From Eubacteriales bacterium (GTDB lineage: Bacteria > Bacillota > Clostridia > Oscillospirales > CAG-382), in NCBI GenBank assembly GCA_045643125.1, contig JAZUKE010000036.1, positions 1,318 to 65,317 of the forward strand: DNA of 64,000 bases, given 5' to 3'. The position numbers and the translations under genes are program-made. The notes beneath the pieces were generated by a model. That model made no database searches, was not told where the DNA came from, and saw only the letters and a list, made by a program, of their open reading frames with translations. Positions 25,685-35,400 of the stretch are shown here, piece after piece; the stretch's first letter is position 1; each line of letters begins with the position of its first letter.

Positions 25685-27112
25685 TTATCTGCCGTATATA
25701 CGGTTCCAATCGGAAAATTTCTTTTTGTTGATGTTTCCGAGCTGATCTTTCGTAAGACGGTATTCCCAGTTTCCGTCGCACTGACCGGGGTGATTGAGGC
25801 GCGTATCGCTTCCGTAAAGGAGCAGATCCTGCACGGGCAGTATCACAAGTCCCGCGGACGACGCAAACAGAGTACGCAGTATACTGTCGTAGCAGCGGTG
25901 GATATCGTCGCTTTCGTAGCCGCAGTAATCGAACAGCTTTCGCCTTTCCTCCGGCGACGCTTCCCAGACGTAGCCGAGCAGCGTGTTGTTGTCGTGAGTG
26001 CCGGTATAGGCGATGCAGTTGTTTATGTAGTTATGCGGCAGATGCGGAGAAGAAGCGTCGCCGAGGAACGCGAACTGCATTATCCTCATTCCGGGGAAGC
26101 CGCTGTCGCGCACGAGTTTCACGACGTCTTCGGTGATATCGCCAAGGTCTTCCGCGATAAGGAGCTTATCCGTCGCGCTTTTAAGCGCCGAAATGAGCTT
26201 CATTCCGGGGCCTTTCACCCACTTGCCGTTTCTTGCGGTCTTTTCGGACGAGTCGATGGCGTAATACGACTCGAACGCTCTGAAATGGTCTATCCTCACG
26301 CCGTCGAACAGCTCCGTCATAAAGGAAATGCGTTCTTTCCACCACGCAAAGCCGTCTTTTTCCATTCTTTCCCAATCGTAGAGCGGATTTCCCCACAGCT
26401 GTCCGTCGGCGCAGAAGTAATCGGGCGGCACGCCTGCGACAAGGGCTGGATGCTTTGTTTTGTCAAGCAGGAACAGTTCGGGATTCGCCCAGACGTCGGA
26501 GCTGTTCCAATCGACGTAGATGGGTATGTCGCCGATGACGGAAATGCCTTTTTCGTTGGCGTATTTCTTTATCTCCGTCCACTGGGCAAAGAACATATAC
26601 TGCGTGAACTTCCACACGAGCAGAGTTTCTGCATCCGGCTCGTTCACAGTCCATTCGTCCCACGCTTTGCCGCCATTCGCTTCACGCAGTGCCATAAAGA
26701 CGCAGAATTTTTCGGTCTGCGGATGCGACGCGAAGAAGTTTTCGATCTCACGAACGTCGGTGAAACGGTGAGCGGCTTTGGAAAGGAGCGCAAATCTTTC
26801 GCTATGAAGCCTTTTGAATTCGCAGGTATACGGCGTTTTCTGCTTTGCATCGTCAAGCTCTTCGCGTGTGAGCAGACCTTTTTTGTGCAGATCGTTCAGG
26901 TCGATGAAAAACGGATTCACGCTGAACGCGCTGAACGATTTATACGGGGAATTGTAGGAATCGGGAAGGCAGAACGGAAGTACCTGCCAATAGGAAAATC
27001 CCATTGACGCAATAAAATCTATCCACTCTTTTGCTTCGGTACCGAAGGAACCTTCGGAATGATCGCCCCAAAGGGACGAGATATGCATTAAAACACCGCT
27101 TGCACGCTTCAT
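25685..27112 (-). CDS. malQ: 4-alpha-glucanotransferase (amylomaltase, GH77)
   Basis: 475 aa. RASGVLMHISSLWG N-terminus, plus VIGDIPIYV, GVPPDYF, GQLWGNP, VRIDHFRAF, AEDLG and YTGTHDN blocks typical of GH77. Confidence 0.93.
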   Translation of the reverse strand: MKRASGVLMHISSLWGDHSEGSFGTEAKEWIDFIASMGFSYWQVLPFCLPDSYNSPYKSFSAFSVNPFFIDLNDLHKKGLLTREELDDAKQKTPYTCEFKRLHSERFALLSKAAHRFTDVREIENFFASHPQTEKFCVFMALREANGGKAWDEWTVNEPDAETLLVWKFTQYMFFAQWTEIKKYANEKGISVIGDIPIYVDWNSSDVWANPELFLLDKTKHPALVAGVPPDYFCADGQLWGNPLYDWERMEKDGFAWWKERISFMTELFDGVRIDHFRAFESYYAIDSSEKTARNGKWVKGPGMKLISALKSATDKLLIAEDLGDITEDVVKLVRDSGFPGMRIMQFAFLGDASSPHLPHNYINNCIAYTGTHDNNTLLGYVWEASPEERRKLFDYCGYESDDIHRCYDSILRTLFASSAGLVILPVQDLLLYGSDTRLNHPGQCDGNWEYRLTKDQLGNINKKKFSDWNRIYGR

Positions 27113-27147
27113 AGAAAAACCGCCTTTTACTTATATAATATGTGTTT

Positions 27148-27166
27148 GAGGCGGCATAGCCGCCTC
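27148..27166. promoter_or_regulatory. GC-rich hairpin between the 16-codon ORF and the malQ RBS; role unclear
   Basis: gaggcggc-ata-gccgcctc (8-bp stem). On the minus (transcribed) strand it is followed by AAACACAT with no U-tract, so it is not a canonical terminator. Confidence 0.4.
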
Positions 27167-27181
27167 AATATCTTTTATTTT

Positions 27182-27232
27182 TTATTTGCCGAAAAGTTTG
27201 CCGAGTCCGCCGAGTTTGCCTTTGATATCCAT
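27182..27232 (-). CDS. candidate 16-aa small ORF / leader peptide (MDIKGKLGGLGKLFGK)
   Basis: ATG at 27232 is preceded by AGAGGAAG at a 5-nt spacing. Its own consensus promoter lies about 30 nt upstream. Stop TAA at 27184-27182. No homology evidence is possible at this length. Confidence 0.35.
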   Translation of the reverse strand: MDIKGKLGGLGKLFGK

Positions 27233-27264
27233 AATACTTCCTCTTGTATCTTAATATTTGTTAC

Positions 27265-27293
27265 ATAGTATCACTTTTTGTACAAAATGTCAA
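27265..27293 (-). promoter_or_regulatory. extended -10 promoter driving the small ORF and probably malQ
   Basis: Minus strand: TTGACA (27293-27288), 17-nt spacer, TGaTACTAT (-10 at 27270-27265). Confidence 0.5.
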
Positions 27294-27313
27294 TAGAACG
27301 CCGCGTATTATGA

Positions 27314-27342
27314 TTGACAAATCATATTTTACATTATATAAT
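27314..27342 (+). promoter_or_regulatory. consensus promoter of pfkA (divergent from the small-ORF promoter)
   Basis: TTGACA (27314-27319), 17-nt spacer, TATAAT (27337-27342). GGGGGAAAGG RBS and ATG at 27378. Confidence 0.55.
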
Positions 27343-27377
27343 ATAGCCATCATAATATAAAAACGGGGGAAAGGTGT

Positions 27378-28442
27378 ATGGGCAATTTCAAAAGAATAGG
27401 TGTGCTTACCTCGGGAGGCGACGCGCCCGGTATGAACGCGGCGGTACGCGCCGTCACGCGTCTTGCGCTTGTCAAGGGCATCGAGGTCTTCGGCATCTAC
27501 AACGGATATCAGGGACTTATCAGCAACGAAATAAAGCAGCTTGCGGAACGCGACGTTTCGTACATAATCAACCGCGGCGGCACTATGCTTTACACCGCAC
27601 GCAGCGACGAGTTCAAGACAAAAGAAGGCATCGAAAGAGCCGTCTCGGTCTGCCGTGAATGGAAGCTCGACGGTATCGTCACCATAGGCGGCGACGGTAC
27701 GTTCCGCGGAGCGGTCGATCTTACCGACGCAGGCGTTCCCTGCATAGGCATCCCCGGCACGATAGACAACGATATCGCTTCCACCGACGCTACGATAGGC
27801 TTCGACACGGCGATGAACACCGTTGTCGATCTTGTGGACAAACTGCGCGACACCGGCGAAAGCCACGCAAGATGCAACGTCGTTGAGGTTATGGGACGCG
27901 AAGCCGGCGATATCGCGCTCAACACGGCGATAGCGGTCGGTGCGATCTGCGCCGTCATACGCGAAATCCCCACCAATTTCGACAAGCTCTTTGCCAAGAT
28001 GATAGATGCCCGCAAAAACGGAAAGCGCAATTTCATAATCATCGCCAGCGAAGGTGTCGGAAGCGATTACTGCGAACACCTCTGCACAGAAATCGAAGAA
28101 AAAACGGGCATCGACACCCGTTTCGTGCGCCCCGCGCACATACAGCGCGGCGGATCTCCCACGCTCCGCGACAGAGTTCTTGCCACCCAGATGGGCTGCG
28201 CCGCAGTCGAAACGCTCGTGAGCGGTCAGATGAAAAAGGTCATCTGTCTGCGCGACAGCGCGATAACGACGATGGACATCCACGAGGCTCTGTATCTTGA
28301 CAAAATGATGAAGAACACCCTTTCGACCGAGGAAGCCGACAGGATCCCGCCGAACATCCTTTATGATATGCGCCGCCTTGTCGCCGACAAGATGGCATAC
28401 AAGTCATATCTCAACTATATGATAACGAATATAGTGCTTTGA
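27378..28442 (+). CDS. pfkA: ATP-dependent 6-phosphofructokinase
   Basis: 354 aa. IGVLTSGGDAPGMNAA, IGGDGTFRGA, GIPGTIDNDI and MGREAGDIAL blocks. Carries an extra C-terminal tail of about 35 aa relative to the usual ~320 aa. Confidence 0.93.
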   Translation: MGNFKRIGVLTSGGDAPGMNAAVRAVTRLALVKGIEVFGIYNGYQGLISNEIKQLAERDVSYIINRGGTMLYTARSDEFKTKEGIERAVSVCREWKLDGIVTIGGDGTFRGAVDLTDAGVPCIGIPGTIDNDIASTDATIGFDTAMNTVVDLVDKLRDTGESHARCNVVEVMGREAGDIALNTAIAVGAICAVIREIPTNFDKLFAKMIDARKNGKRNFIIIASEGVGSDYCEHLCTEIEEKTGIDTRFVRPAHIQRGGSPTLRDRVLATQMGCAAVETLVSGQMKKVICLRDSAITTMDIHEALYLDKMMKNTLSTEEADRIPPNILYDMRRLVADKMAYKSYLNYMITNIVL

Positions 28443-28455
28443 GCAATACAAAACA

Positions 28456-28489
28456 GGGCTGCAGCGAAAATGCAGCCCGATTTCTTTGA
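28456..28489 (+). terminator. terminator of pfkA
   Basis: 8-bp stem gggctgca/tgcagccc (28456-28463 / 28471-28478), followed by GATTTCTTTG. Confidence 0.55.
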
Positions 28490-28490
28490 T

Positions 28491-28525
28491 GTAAGAAGTA
28501 AGAAGTAATAGTGAAGAAGTGAGGT
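28491..28525. repeat. five tandem degenerate heptamers (GTAAGAA type)
   Basis: GTAAGAA GTAAGAA GTAATAG TGAAGAA GTGAGGT, read directly from 28491. Confidence 0.8.
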
Positions 28526-28527
28526 TA

Positions 28528-28554
28528 TTATTTTCGCACCGTGTGCGAAAATAA
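28528..28554. promoter_or_regulatory. perfect 12-bp hairpin with a 3-nt loop in the convergent pfkA / addBA intergenic region
   Basis: ttattttcgcac-cgt-gtgcgaaaataa. Could act as a bidirectional terminator or RNA stabiliser. No clean U-tract on the minus strand. Confidence 0.5.
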
Positions 28555-28560
28555 TTTCCT

Positions 28561-28595
28561 TAATTTGTAATTTGAAATTTGTAATTTATAATTAA
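28561..28595. repeat. five tandem degenerate heptamers (TAATTTG type)
   Basis: TAATTTG TAATTTG AAATTTG TAATTTA TAATTAA. The last unit overlaps the stop codon of the 96-aa ORF. Confidence 0.8.
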
Positions 28596-28882
28596 ATCTT
28601 TCTGTATTTGCGACATGCGTTCACGGTACAGACCTTTGAAGCGTCAACGATCTTTTCGCTTTCCTTTACGCAGTACACGTCTTCGCCGGAAGCGATGACG
28701 GCTTTGATGAAAAGCGAATAATTGCCCGTCACATAGCCGTAAACGGTTTTTCCGTCGGTGACTTCAAGTGCGCCCTTTATGTCGTCCGTCTCGCGGAAGA
28801 CGAGTTTTTCGTCATCCGGGAAATATCCCTTGCAGGCGTCTATCCCGATAACGTCGATCTTTCCTGCCGGTCTGTCTTTCAT
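28592..28882 (-). CDS. hypothetical 96-aa protein translationally coupled to addA
   Basis: The ATG overlaps the addA TGA as ATGA (28879-28882). Codon usage resembles the neighbours. No TM segment or signal peptide. Five Cys residues. No recognisable motif. Confidence 0.55.
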   Translation of the reverse strand: MKDRPAGKIDVIGIDACKGYFPDDEKLVFRETDDIKGALEVTDGKTVYGYVTGNYSLFIKAVIASGEDVYCVKESEKIVDASKVCTVNACRKYRKI

Positions 28883-31800
28883 AGTCTTACCTCTATCGCC
28901 TTTCCGAGGCAGAACGAATAGATAAGCGTTCTTGTAACTTTTCCGTTCGTGATAAGCTCGACCGCTCGTTTGTAATAGCCGAGCTGGAACGAATGTCGGT
29001 CTGTAAGCACCTTTTCGCCGTCGGCAAAGCTCACGCGGTCGGTCTTGTAATCGACGACGGTGTAATTGCCGTCAGGTGTTCTGAAAAAGCAGTCGATAAC
29101 GCCCTGCACCATAACTTTTTCGCCTTTTACGGAGGTGAATGACACGGAATCTTCGATGATATTGAAGCGTTTTTCACGCATCACATAATCGGAAGTCATT
29201 ATTTCGCGGCACAAGTCGGAACGGAAGAAGGTATCAAGCTCCTTTACGTTCATAAGCGAAATATCGGTGTCGGACACCATCCGTATTTCCCTTAATCTTT
29301 CCATTTCGGCTTTTATGCCGTTTTTCACGGTGCTGCCGAAATCGGCAAACTGCATAAACAGGTGCGTCGCGGTACCCTTGGACGCGCTGTCAGAATCGGC
29401 GGACGCAAAAACGGGTTTTCGCCTTGCGTCACTTTGCGAAAGAGTGCGGGTATATTCGTCGTCTTCGAGTATTCCCTTCCGCATTTCCGAAACGGAAGCC
29501 TTTGACGGAACTGTACAGCCGTTTTTGTCGTAAGGTATATTTTCGAGTGCAGACGCGAACACCTCATACGGATAGAACGTCTCTTTCGGAACGACAGCCG
29601 GCTTTGGATTTTCGCATTCTTCCTTTTCGGTTTCCGTATCGCCGCTGAATTCGTGTATCTCATAGTACGGGCTTTCCTTGCCCGCTATTATCGGATATAT
29701 CCAGCTCATACAGTCGTTCGACGCGAAGAAATCGACTTCCTCCGGGGCTTCTCCGTCGATCTTGCCCGTTACGAAAAGCCGTTCCTTTGCGCGTGTCAGC
29801 GAAACGTAAAGACATCGCAGCTCCTCGCGGAGTATGGCTTTACGTTCGTCCTCCTCCGCCATCAGCTTTACGACGGGAGTGTATTCGGCTATCCCGCCGG
29901 CGGAGCGCAGGTCGTAATAGACGAAACCGTCGTCGGTGAGGATGTGGTTTTTCTTTGTGTCGTCAAGGTTGAACTGCTTTCCGAGCGACGACACGAAGCA
30001 GACGGGATATTCGAGCCCCTTTGAAGCGTGGAGCGACAATATCCTCACGCAGTCGGGATCGGAGACCTCGTCGGATGCGTTTTTGTCAAGAGACGACGAA
30101 ACGTCGTCGATATACGAAAGGAACCCCGAAAGCCCTTTGAGCGACGTTTTTTCATAGTCAAGTGCTATGGAATAAAGGCGGTTGAGGTTTTTTACCCGCT
30201 TTTTGCCGTTCTTTTCGGCGGCGCAGAGCGACACGAGATGTGTCTGCGCGTACATATTCCATATCATCCGGCTGCTCGGACATTCGGCACCGGGAGCGCG
30301 GAGAACACGCAGTTTTTCGATAAAAGAAGCACATTTTTCATATACTTCCTCGCATTTTCTCTCGTATGAACGTATCCCGTGCGGAGGAAATACATACTCT
30401 TTGCGCGTCACCGACGAGTAAGGCTTGTTCGCTTTATACGATGCGCCTTTGTTTTGGTGACGGCGGCGGTATGCGTTCCCCTGCTTTACGCAGTCATAAA
30501 GCGAATCGTAAGCGAAACGCGACTTGAGATAATAAAGGTCGTCGGCTGAAAAGCCGAAAACGGGACTGCGGAGAGACGAAGCCAGCGAGATATCGTCGTA
30601 CGGATCGTCCATAACGCGAAGGACGGAAAGCGCAAGCAGTATCTCAGGCTCCGAGATGAAGCCGCCGCCTTTTTCTATGACGAACGGGATATCCTTTCGC
30701 AGAAATGCGCGTTTGTATTCTACGGCGCTGCCGCCGGGAGAACGCAGAAGCAGCGCGATATCGCCGAACGAATAGCCCTCGTCCCTTACGAGCGACAGTA
30801 TTTTTTCGGAAACGTACTCCACTTCGGCGTCGGTCTTGTTTTCCATATCTCTGAAAACGGCTACCTCTACGGGGAACGTTTTTGCGTCGGTGCTTTCGCT
30901 GCCGCAGATCATTCTTTCGTTTTCGTACGACGCTCCGACGGTGGATTCGGTATAAAGAGAATCGAACAGCGTGTTCACGAATTCGAGTATCGGCTTTTTG
31001 CTTCGGTAATTTTCGGAAAGGAAGATCTTTGCGTTTTTGCCGTCTGACGCGACGTCTCCGAAATCGCGCAGATAGCCGAGAAAGATATCGGCGTGAGCGT
31101 TGCGGAAGCGGTAGATGGACTGTTTCACGTCGCCTACCATAAAGCGGTTGTCGTCTTTTGAAATGAGGGCGAATATCATATCCTGTATCGGGTTGATATC
31201 CTGATATTCGTCTATGTAAATTTCTTTTATCGTCTTTCGCAGTTCATTGCAGAGCGGTGTCCTTATCACGCCTCCGGCGGTGTTTTCACCGAGAAGCTCG
31301 AGCGTGAACTGTTCAAGGTCGGGAAACTCGATGATCCCCCTTTTTCTTTTGGCTTCCGAAAACATCTCATCGACGGTGAGGATAAATCTGTTCATAAGGT
31401 CGTTGAGGCGCACGGAGCTTTCGTAATCGCTTATCACGTCAGCTTCGGAGGAAGCGAACAGCCTTTTTGCTTTCCCCACGGCGTCGGAAGCGCGCGTTTT
31501 CATTCGCGTATATTCGGCGGCGACAGCCGGATCAAGCCCCCTGGTAAAAGCTTTTTTTGCCGTATAGGCTTCAAACGCATTCGAAATATCCGTATACGAC
31601 GCATTTCCGTCCGCGAGTACGGAATGGATGCGATCGATGCCTTCGCAAAGCAGTTCAAGCGGTGAGATATGGCTTTCCTTCTGCGACGCGACGGAAACGG
31701 TGTCGAAGATGTCATCAGCCGTTTTTTTGGCGTAAGAAATATGTTTTGCCGCGGTCTTTCTCAGTTCCGTTCCGATAACGGAGTTGATAAAGCCGTCTTT

Positions 31801-32418
31801 TTTTGCTTTTTCAAAGTCTTCCGCCTTTTTTTCGGCGGATCTTTTTATATAGTCCTTCCAGAACGGGAACGAGCGGTATCTTGAATAAACGGTTTTTACC
31901 GTTTCCTTAAACTTATTCAGCGACTTTTCGCCCGTGAATGCGTCGCAGAGGCAGACGAACCATTCCGCGTCGTTTTCAAACAGCTCGTCTATGCACTTTT
32001 CGATACATTCGTCAAGCAGTATCGCGCTTTCGTTCACGTCGGCGACACGGAGCGACGGCGACAGAGAAAGCGTTTCAAAATTGCCTTTTACCGTGTCAAG
32101 ACAGAATGAATGTATGGTCGATATCCTCGCCGACGGTATCATATAGACGTTGCGTGTCAGTCTTACGTCGGTCGGGTGAAGCGCCGACTCGGCGAGAAGC
32201 GCCATATAAAGTTTTTCTTTCATATTCGCCGCCGCGGCTTTGGTGAACGTGACGACGAGGAGTTCGGAAATGTCGGTGCCGTTTTTTATGTGTTCGAGTA
32301 TCCGCTGCGTAAGTACGGTGGTCTTGCCGCTGCCGGCACCCGCGGAAACGAGAAGCGTCTTGCCCTCGGTATAGATCGCTTCTTTTTGCGAAAGTGAATA
32401 TTTTACTTCGTTACCCAT
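28879..32418 (-). CDS. addA: ATP-dependent helicase/nuclease subunit A (AddA)
   Basis: 1179 aa from the ATG at 32418, which has a GGAGGA RBS inside the addB 3' end. UvrD-type Walker A AGAGSGKT, helicase motifs (DEYQDINP, VGDVKQSIYRFR), and a C-terminal RecB-type nuclease (GVIDCFF...DYKTD). Confidence 0.93.
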   Translation of the reverse strand: MGNEVKYSLSQKEAIYTEGKTLLVSAGAGSGKTTVLTQRILEHIKNGTDISELLVVTFTKAAAANMKEKLYMALLAESALHPTDVRLTRNVYMIPSARISTIHSFCLDTVKGNFETLSLSPSLRVADVNESAILLDECIEKCIDELFENDAEWFVCLCDAFTGEKSLNKFKETVKTVYSRYRSFPFWKDYIKRSAEKKAEDFEKAKKDGFINSVIGTELRKTAAKHISYAKKTADDIFDTVSVASQKESHISPLELLCEGIDRIHSVLADGNASYTDISNAFEAYTAKKAFTRGLDPAVAAEYTRMKTRASDAVGKAKRLFASSEADVISDYESSVRLNDLMNRFILTVDEMFSEAKRKRGIIEFPDLEQFTLELLGENTAGGVIRTPLCNELRKTIKEIYIDEYQDINPIQDMIFALISKDDNRFMVGDVKQSIYRFRNAHADIFLGYLRDFGDVASDGKNAKIFLSENYRSKKPILEFVNTLFDSLYTESTVGASYENERMICGSESTDAKTFPVEVAVFRDMENKTDAEVEYVSEKILSLVRDEGYSFGDIALLLRSPGGSAVEYKRAFLRKDIPFVIEKGGGFISEPEILLALSVLRVMDDPYDDISLASSLRSPVFGFSADDLYYLKSRFAYDSLYDCVKQGNAYRRRHQNKGASYKANKPYSSVTRKEYVFPPHGIRSYERKCEEVYEKCASFIEKLRVLRAPGAECPSSRMIWNMYAQTHLVSLCAAEKNGKKRVKNLNRLYSIALDYEKTSLKGLSGFLSYIDDVSSSLDKNASDEVSDPDCVRILSLHASKGLEYPVCFVSSLGKQFNLDDTKKNHILTDDGFVYYDLRSAGGIAEYTPVVKLMAEEDERKAILREELRCLYVSLTRAKERLFVTGKIDGEAPEEVDFFASNDCMSWIYPIIAGKESPYYEIHEFSGDTETEKEECENPKPAVVPKETFYPYEVFASALENIPYDKNGCTVPSKASVSEMRKGILEDDEYTRTLSQSDARRKPVFASADSDSASKGTATHLFMQFADFGSTVKNGIKAEMERLREIRMVSDTDISLMNVKELDTFFRSDLCREIMTSDYVMREKRFNIIEDSVSFTSVKGEKVMVQGVIDCFFRTPDGNYTVVDYKTDRVSFADGEKVLTDRHSFQLGYYKRAVELITNGKVTRTLIYSFCLGKAIEVRL

Positions 32419-35400
32419 CGTTTTCATCCTCCGCAATGCCTTTTTTACACCTTACGGAAATGTCGCCCGCAAGCCGGCACATAGTTTTGAACGAGCAGTA
32501 CCGGCAGGCGTCGTATGACTCGGAAAGGCAGACCGGCGACACGTTCATTTCGCCGTCGGCGATAAGGGACGCAAGTTTTTTCAGACAGTTCTCGGTCTTG
32601 TTTTTCAGTTTGCCGAAGCCTTCCGCGCTTTCAAGCGACGCATTACGAAGATTAAGTTCTCCGTTTTTGTTTATGCTCACGGGGATATAACGCTTTTTGT
32701 CGCCTTTTTCAAGCGAATTGATTATTTCGATGTCATCCGTGACAAGACCGATGCGTTTGAAATTCTTGTCTATTTCGTCCGACAGTTCATCCATATCAGT
32801 TCTTCCGTCGGTACCGATCTTTTCAAGCTTTGCCGGAAGATACAGCACCGCCGCGGGTGATGCGTCGCCGCGTGAGGAATTGTAGGCGAACATATACAGA
32901 AGCATCTGCATATCAAGTCCGTAGTCGAGCGCTTTGCGGTCAAATGTCTTGCTCCCCGTTTTGTAGTCGGTGATACGGACGTAGGTCCTGCCGTTCTTTT
33001 TGTATTCGTCCACTCTGTCGATCCTGCCGTTGAGTCTTAATTTCATACCGCGTTCGGTGACGTAGACGCATCCGGCGTCGGAGGACGGTATTTCAAATCC
33101 CACGGGTACGAAATCGGAAGATGCAAGCTCGTCGGACACGTTGCGAAGCAGTAGGCGAAGCGTCGTTTTGAGCCGCGATACCGTATAGGCAAATCGTTTG
33201 CTCCCTGCGCTTTCTCCGCAAAGTTCAAACATATATGTATCGGTAAATCCGTCCACTCTTTTTGCAATATCGGCATCATCGGGGGACACGAAAACTCCGT
33301 CCTTTACGTTTTCCGAAACGAAGACCTTTAACAGGCTGTGGATAAAATCTCCTATCTCGGCAGAGCCGAATTCGGCTTTTCTGTTCTCGTCAAGACCAAG
33401 CACATATCTGCCGAAATACGAAAACGGGCAGTATGCGTATCTTTCCATTCTCGACGGGGATATCTTCATCGTCTCCGTTTTCGGCGTTTTTATTTTTGCT
33501 TTTGCAAAGCAAAGCGGATTTTCTTTCACTCTTTTTACGTCGTCGATGCCCTTTGACGCAAGAAGTTCTCTGGACAGCGGATCGGCAAAGGAAGCGTTTT
33601 CACCGGCAGAGGAAGGTGAAAAGATAAATGAAGAAGCGTCTTTTGAAAAATCCGTGACCTTTGCGTCGGGGCAAAGCGCCATAAGGCGAAGCGCACCGAC
33701 AGACGGGCGGCTTTCGTCGGACGCGGTATATATGCAAATGAGTTTTTCGGACGGGAGAGCGCAGGCGGTGTAGAAGAAGAGCTTTTCGTTGTCGAGCCGG
33801 TTGTCGAAGCTCTCTTCAAAATACAATCCGCTCTTTTCAAGCTCCTTTATCTCGCTTTCGTCGAACACGCTTGCGAGCGACGGAGACGCCGGAAAAACGC
33901 CGTCGTTCGCACCGAGAAGTATCACGGCTTTGGGCGACGCGCCGCGGAACACCGAAGCACCGCCGATGACGACGGAATCGCAGAAGGCGGGCGGAGTGCC
34001 GAGCGAATATTCGCCGAGCATAAGTTCGAGCCTTGCCCTCAGCTTTGAAACGCTCATTTCGCGTTCGCCGGCTATGTTATAAAGCTGGTCAAGGCAGTTT
34101 ATGACGACGTCCCAAAGCCTGACGAGCCTGCGCGACGCCGCTTCGTCGCCGCTTTTTTTAAGCGAAAGTGCGTTGGAACGGAGTTTTTCGGAAGCGTTCA
34201 CTTCTTCAAGCAGGAAATATACCGCCTTTGCACCGTCCGACGCGGTTTTCACGTTTTTCAGTTCGGCGTCAAACGCCGAAAGTACGCCCACCGTCTTTTC
34301 CCTTGCCGAGTTGACAAGAGAAAGCGTAAACTCCTCGTATCTGTTCGGAGTCGTCTTGTAGCCGGACGGATTCATCAGCCATTCTTTTCCGTTTATCCAG
34401 TTTTTTCCGCGGATATTCCATTTTTCGGCGTATCTGACGAGGGCTTCGGCTTCCCTTTCCGAAAGCGGAAGATATCCGCTTTTGATTATGCGCTTCATCG
34501 CGGGAAGCGGATAGTTGTTTTCGTATGCTTCAAGGGAAGAAAGCACGAACGACACGAGCGGTTTTATGAGCAGACTTTCGCCCGACGAGAAAAAGCAGCT
34601 TATGCCGTGTTTTTCAAGAACGGTATCGATTATACCGGAATATGTATCGGGTGAACGTGCGATGACCGCGATATCCTTGTATCTGTAACCGTTCCGTGTG
34701 AGCTTCGTTATCGCAGAAGAAGCCGCTTCCGATTCGGCGAATTTGTCGGCGCAGCGTATGAATTCCAAGCCTCCGTCGTCGGGAGTTTCCGACGCGCAGT
34801 TGTTCCACAGATTCGCTTCGATATGTTTAAGGCTTTCCTTTGCGTATCTGCGGCTTTCGCCGAGTACGATGTCACGCGCCTTGTTATGACGCGAAAGCCT
34901 TTCGTAAGAGACGAACGGGGACGAAAAAGTGCCGCTTCTGTCGTCCTTGTCAAAGCAGAGCGAAACGTACATATCGTCGCACTGCGACGCGATACGGTCA
35001 AGCACGGTATGCTGCTGCTCGGTAAATGAGTTGAAGGAATCCACAAAAACGGTCTTTCCCCTGAAAAACGGCATAGTTTTAAGGGATTCGGCATACAGCG
35101 TAAGGATATCACGGCTGTCGCCAAGCCCGTTTTTGAGCAGCGTTTCGTATTCGCCGAGGATGAGCGACGTTTCGGCGGCTTTTGCGGACGTGCGCGGAGA
35201 TATGCCTCCACGTGCGAGAGACGACACATCAAGACCGTTTTCCTTGAGCAGTCTTGACGTGTCGAGCATTTTGAGAATGAACGTGTTTTCTTCCGACACG
35301 TTTCTGAAAGAAACGAGTTTTTCCTTTACGTTTTCCGCGGCTGCCGACATAAGCAGCGCTCTGCCGCCTTCGTCGGCGTAAGACACGGCAAGTCCGCCGT

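Noticed and set aside
28491-28595. Possible CRISPR array or minisatellite in the pfkA/addA intergenic region.
   Set aside because: The units are only 7 nt long with no spacers, the total length is about 105 nt, and no cas genes are nearby. It is reported as a short tandem-heptamer curiosity, not a CRISPR.
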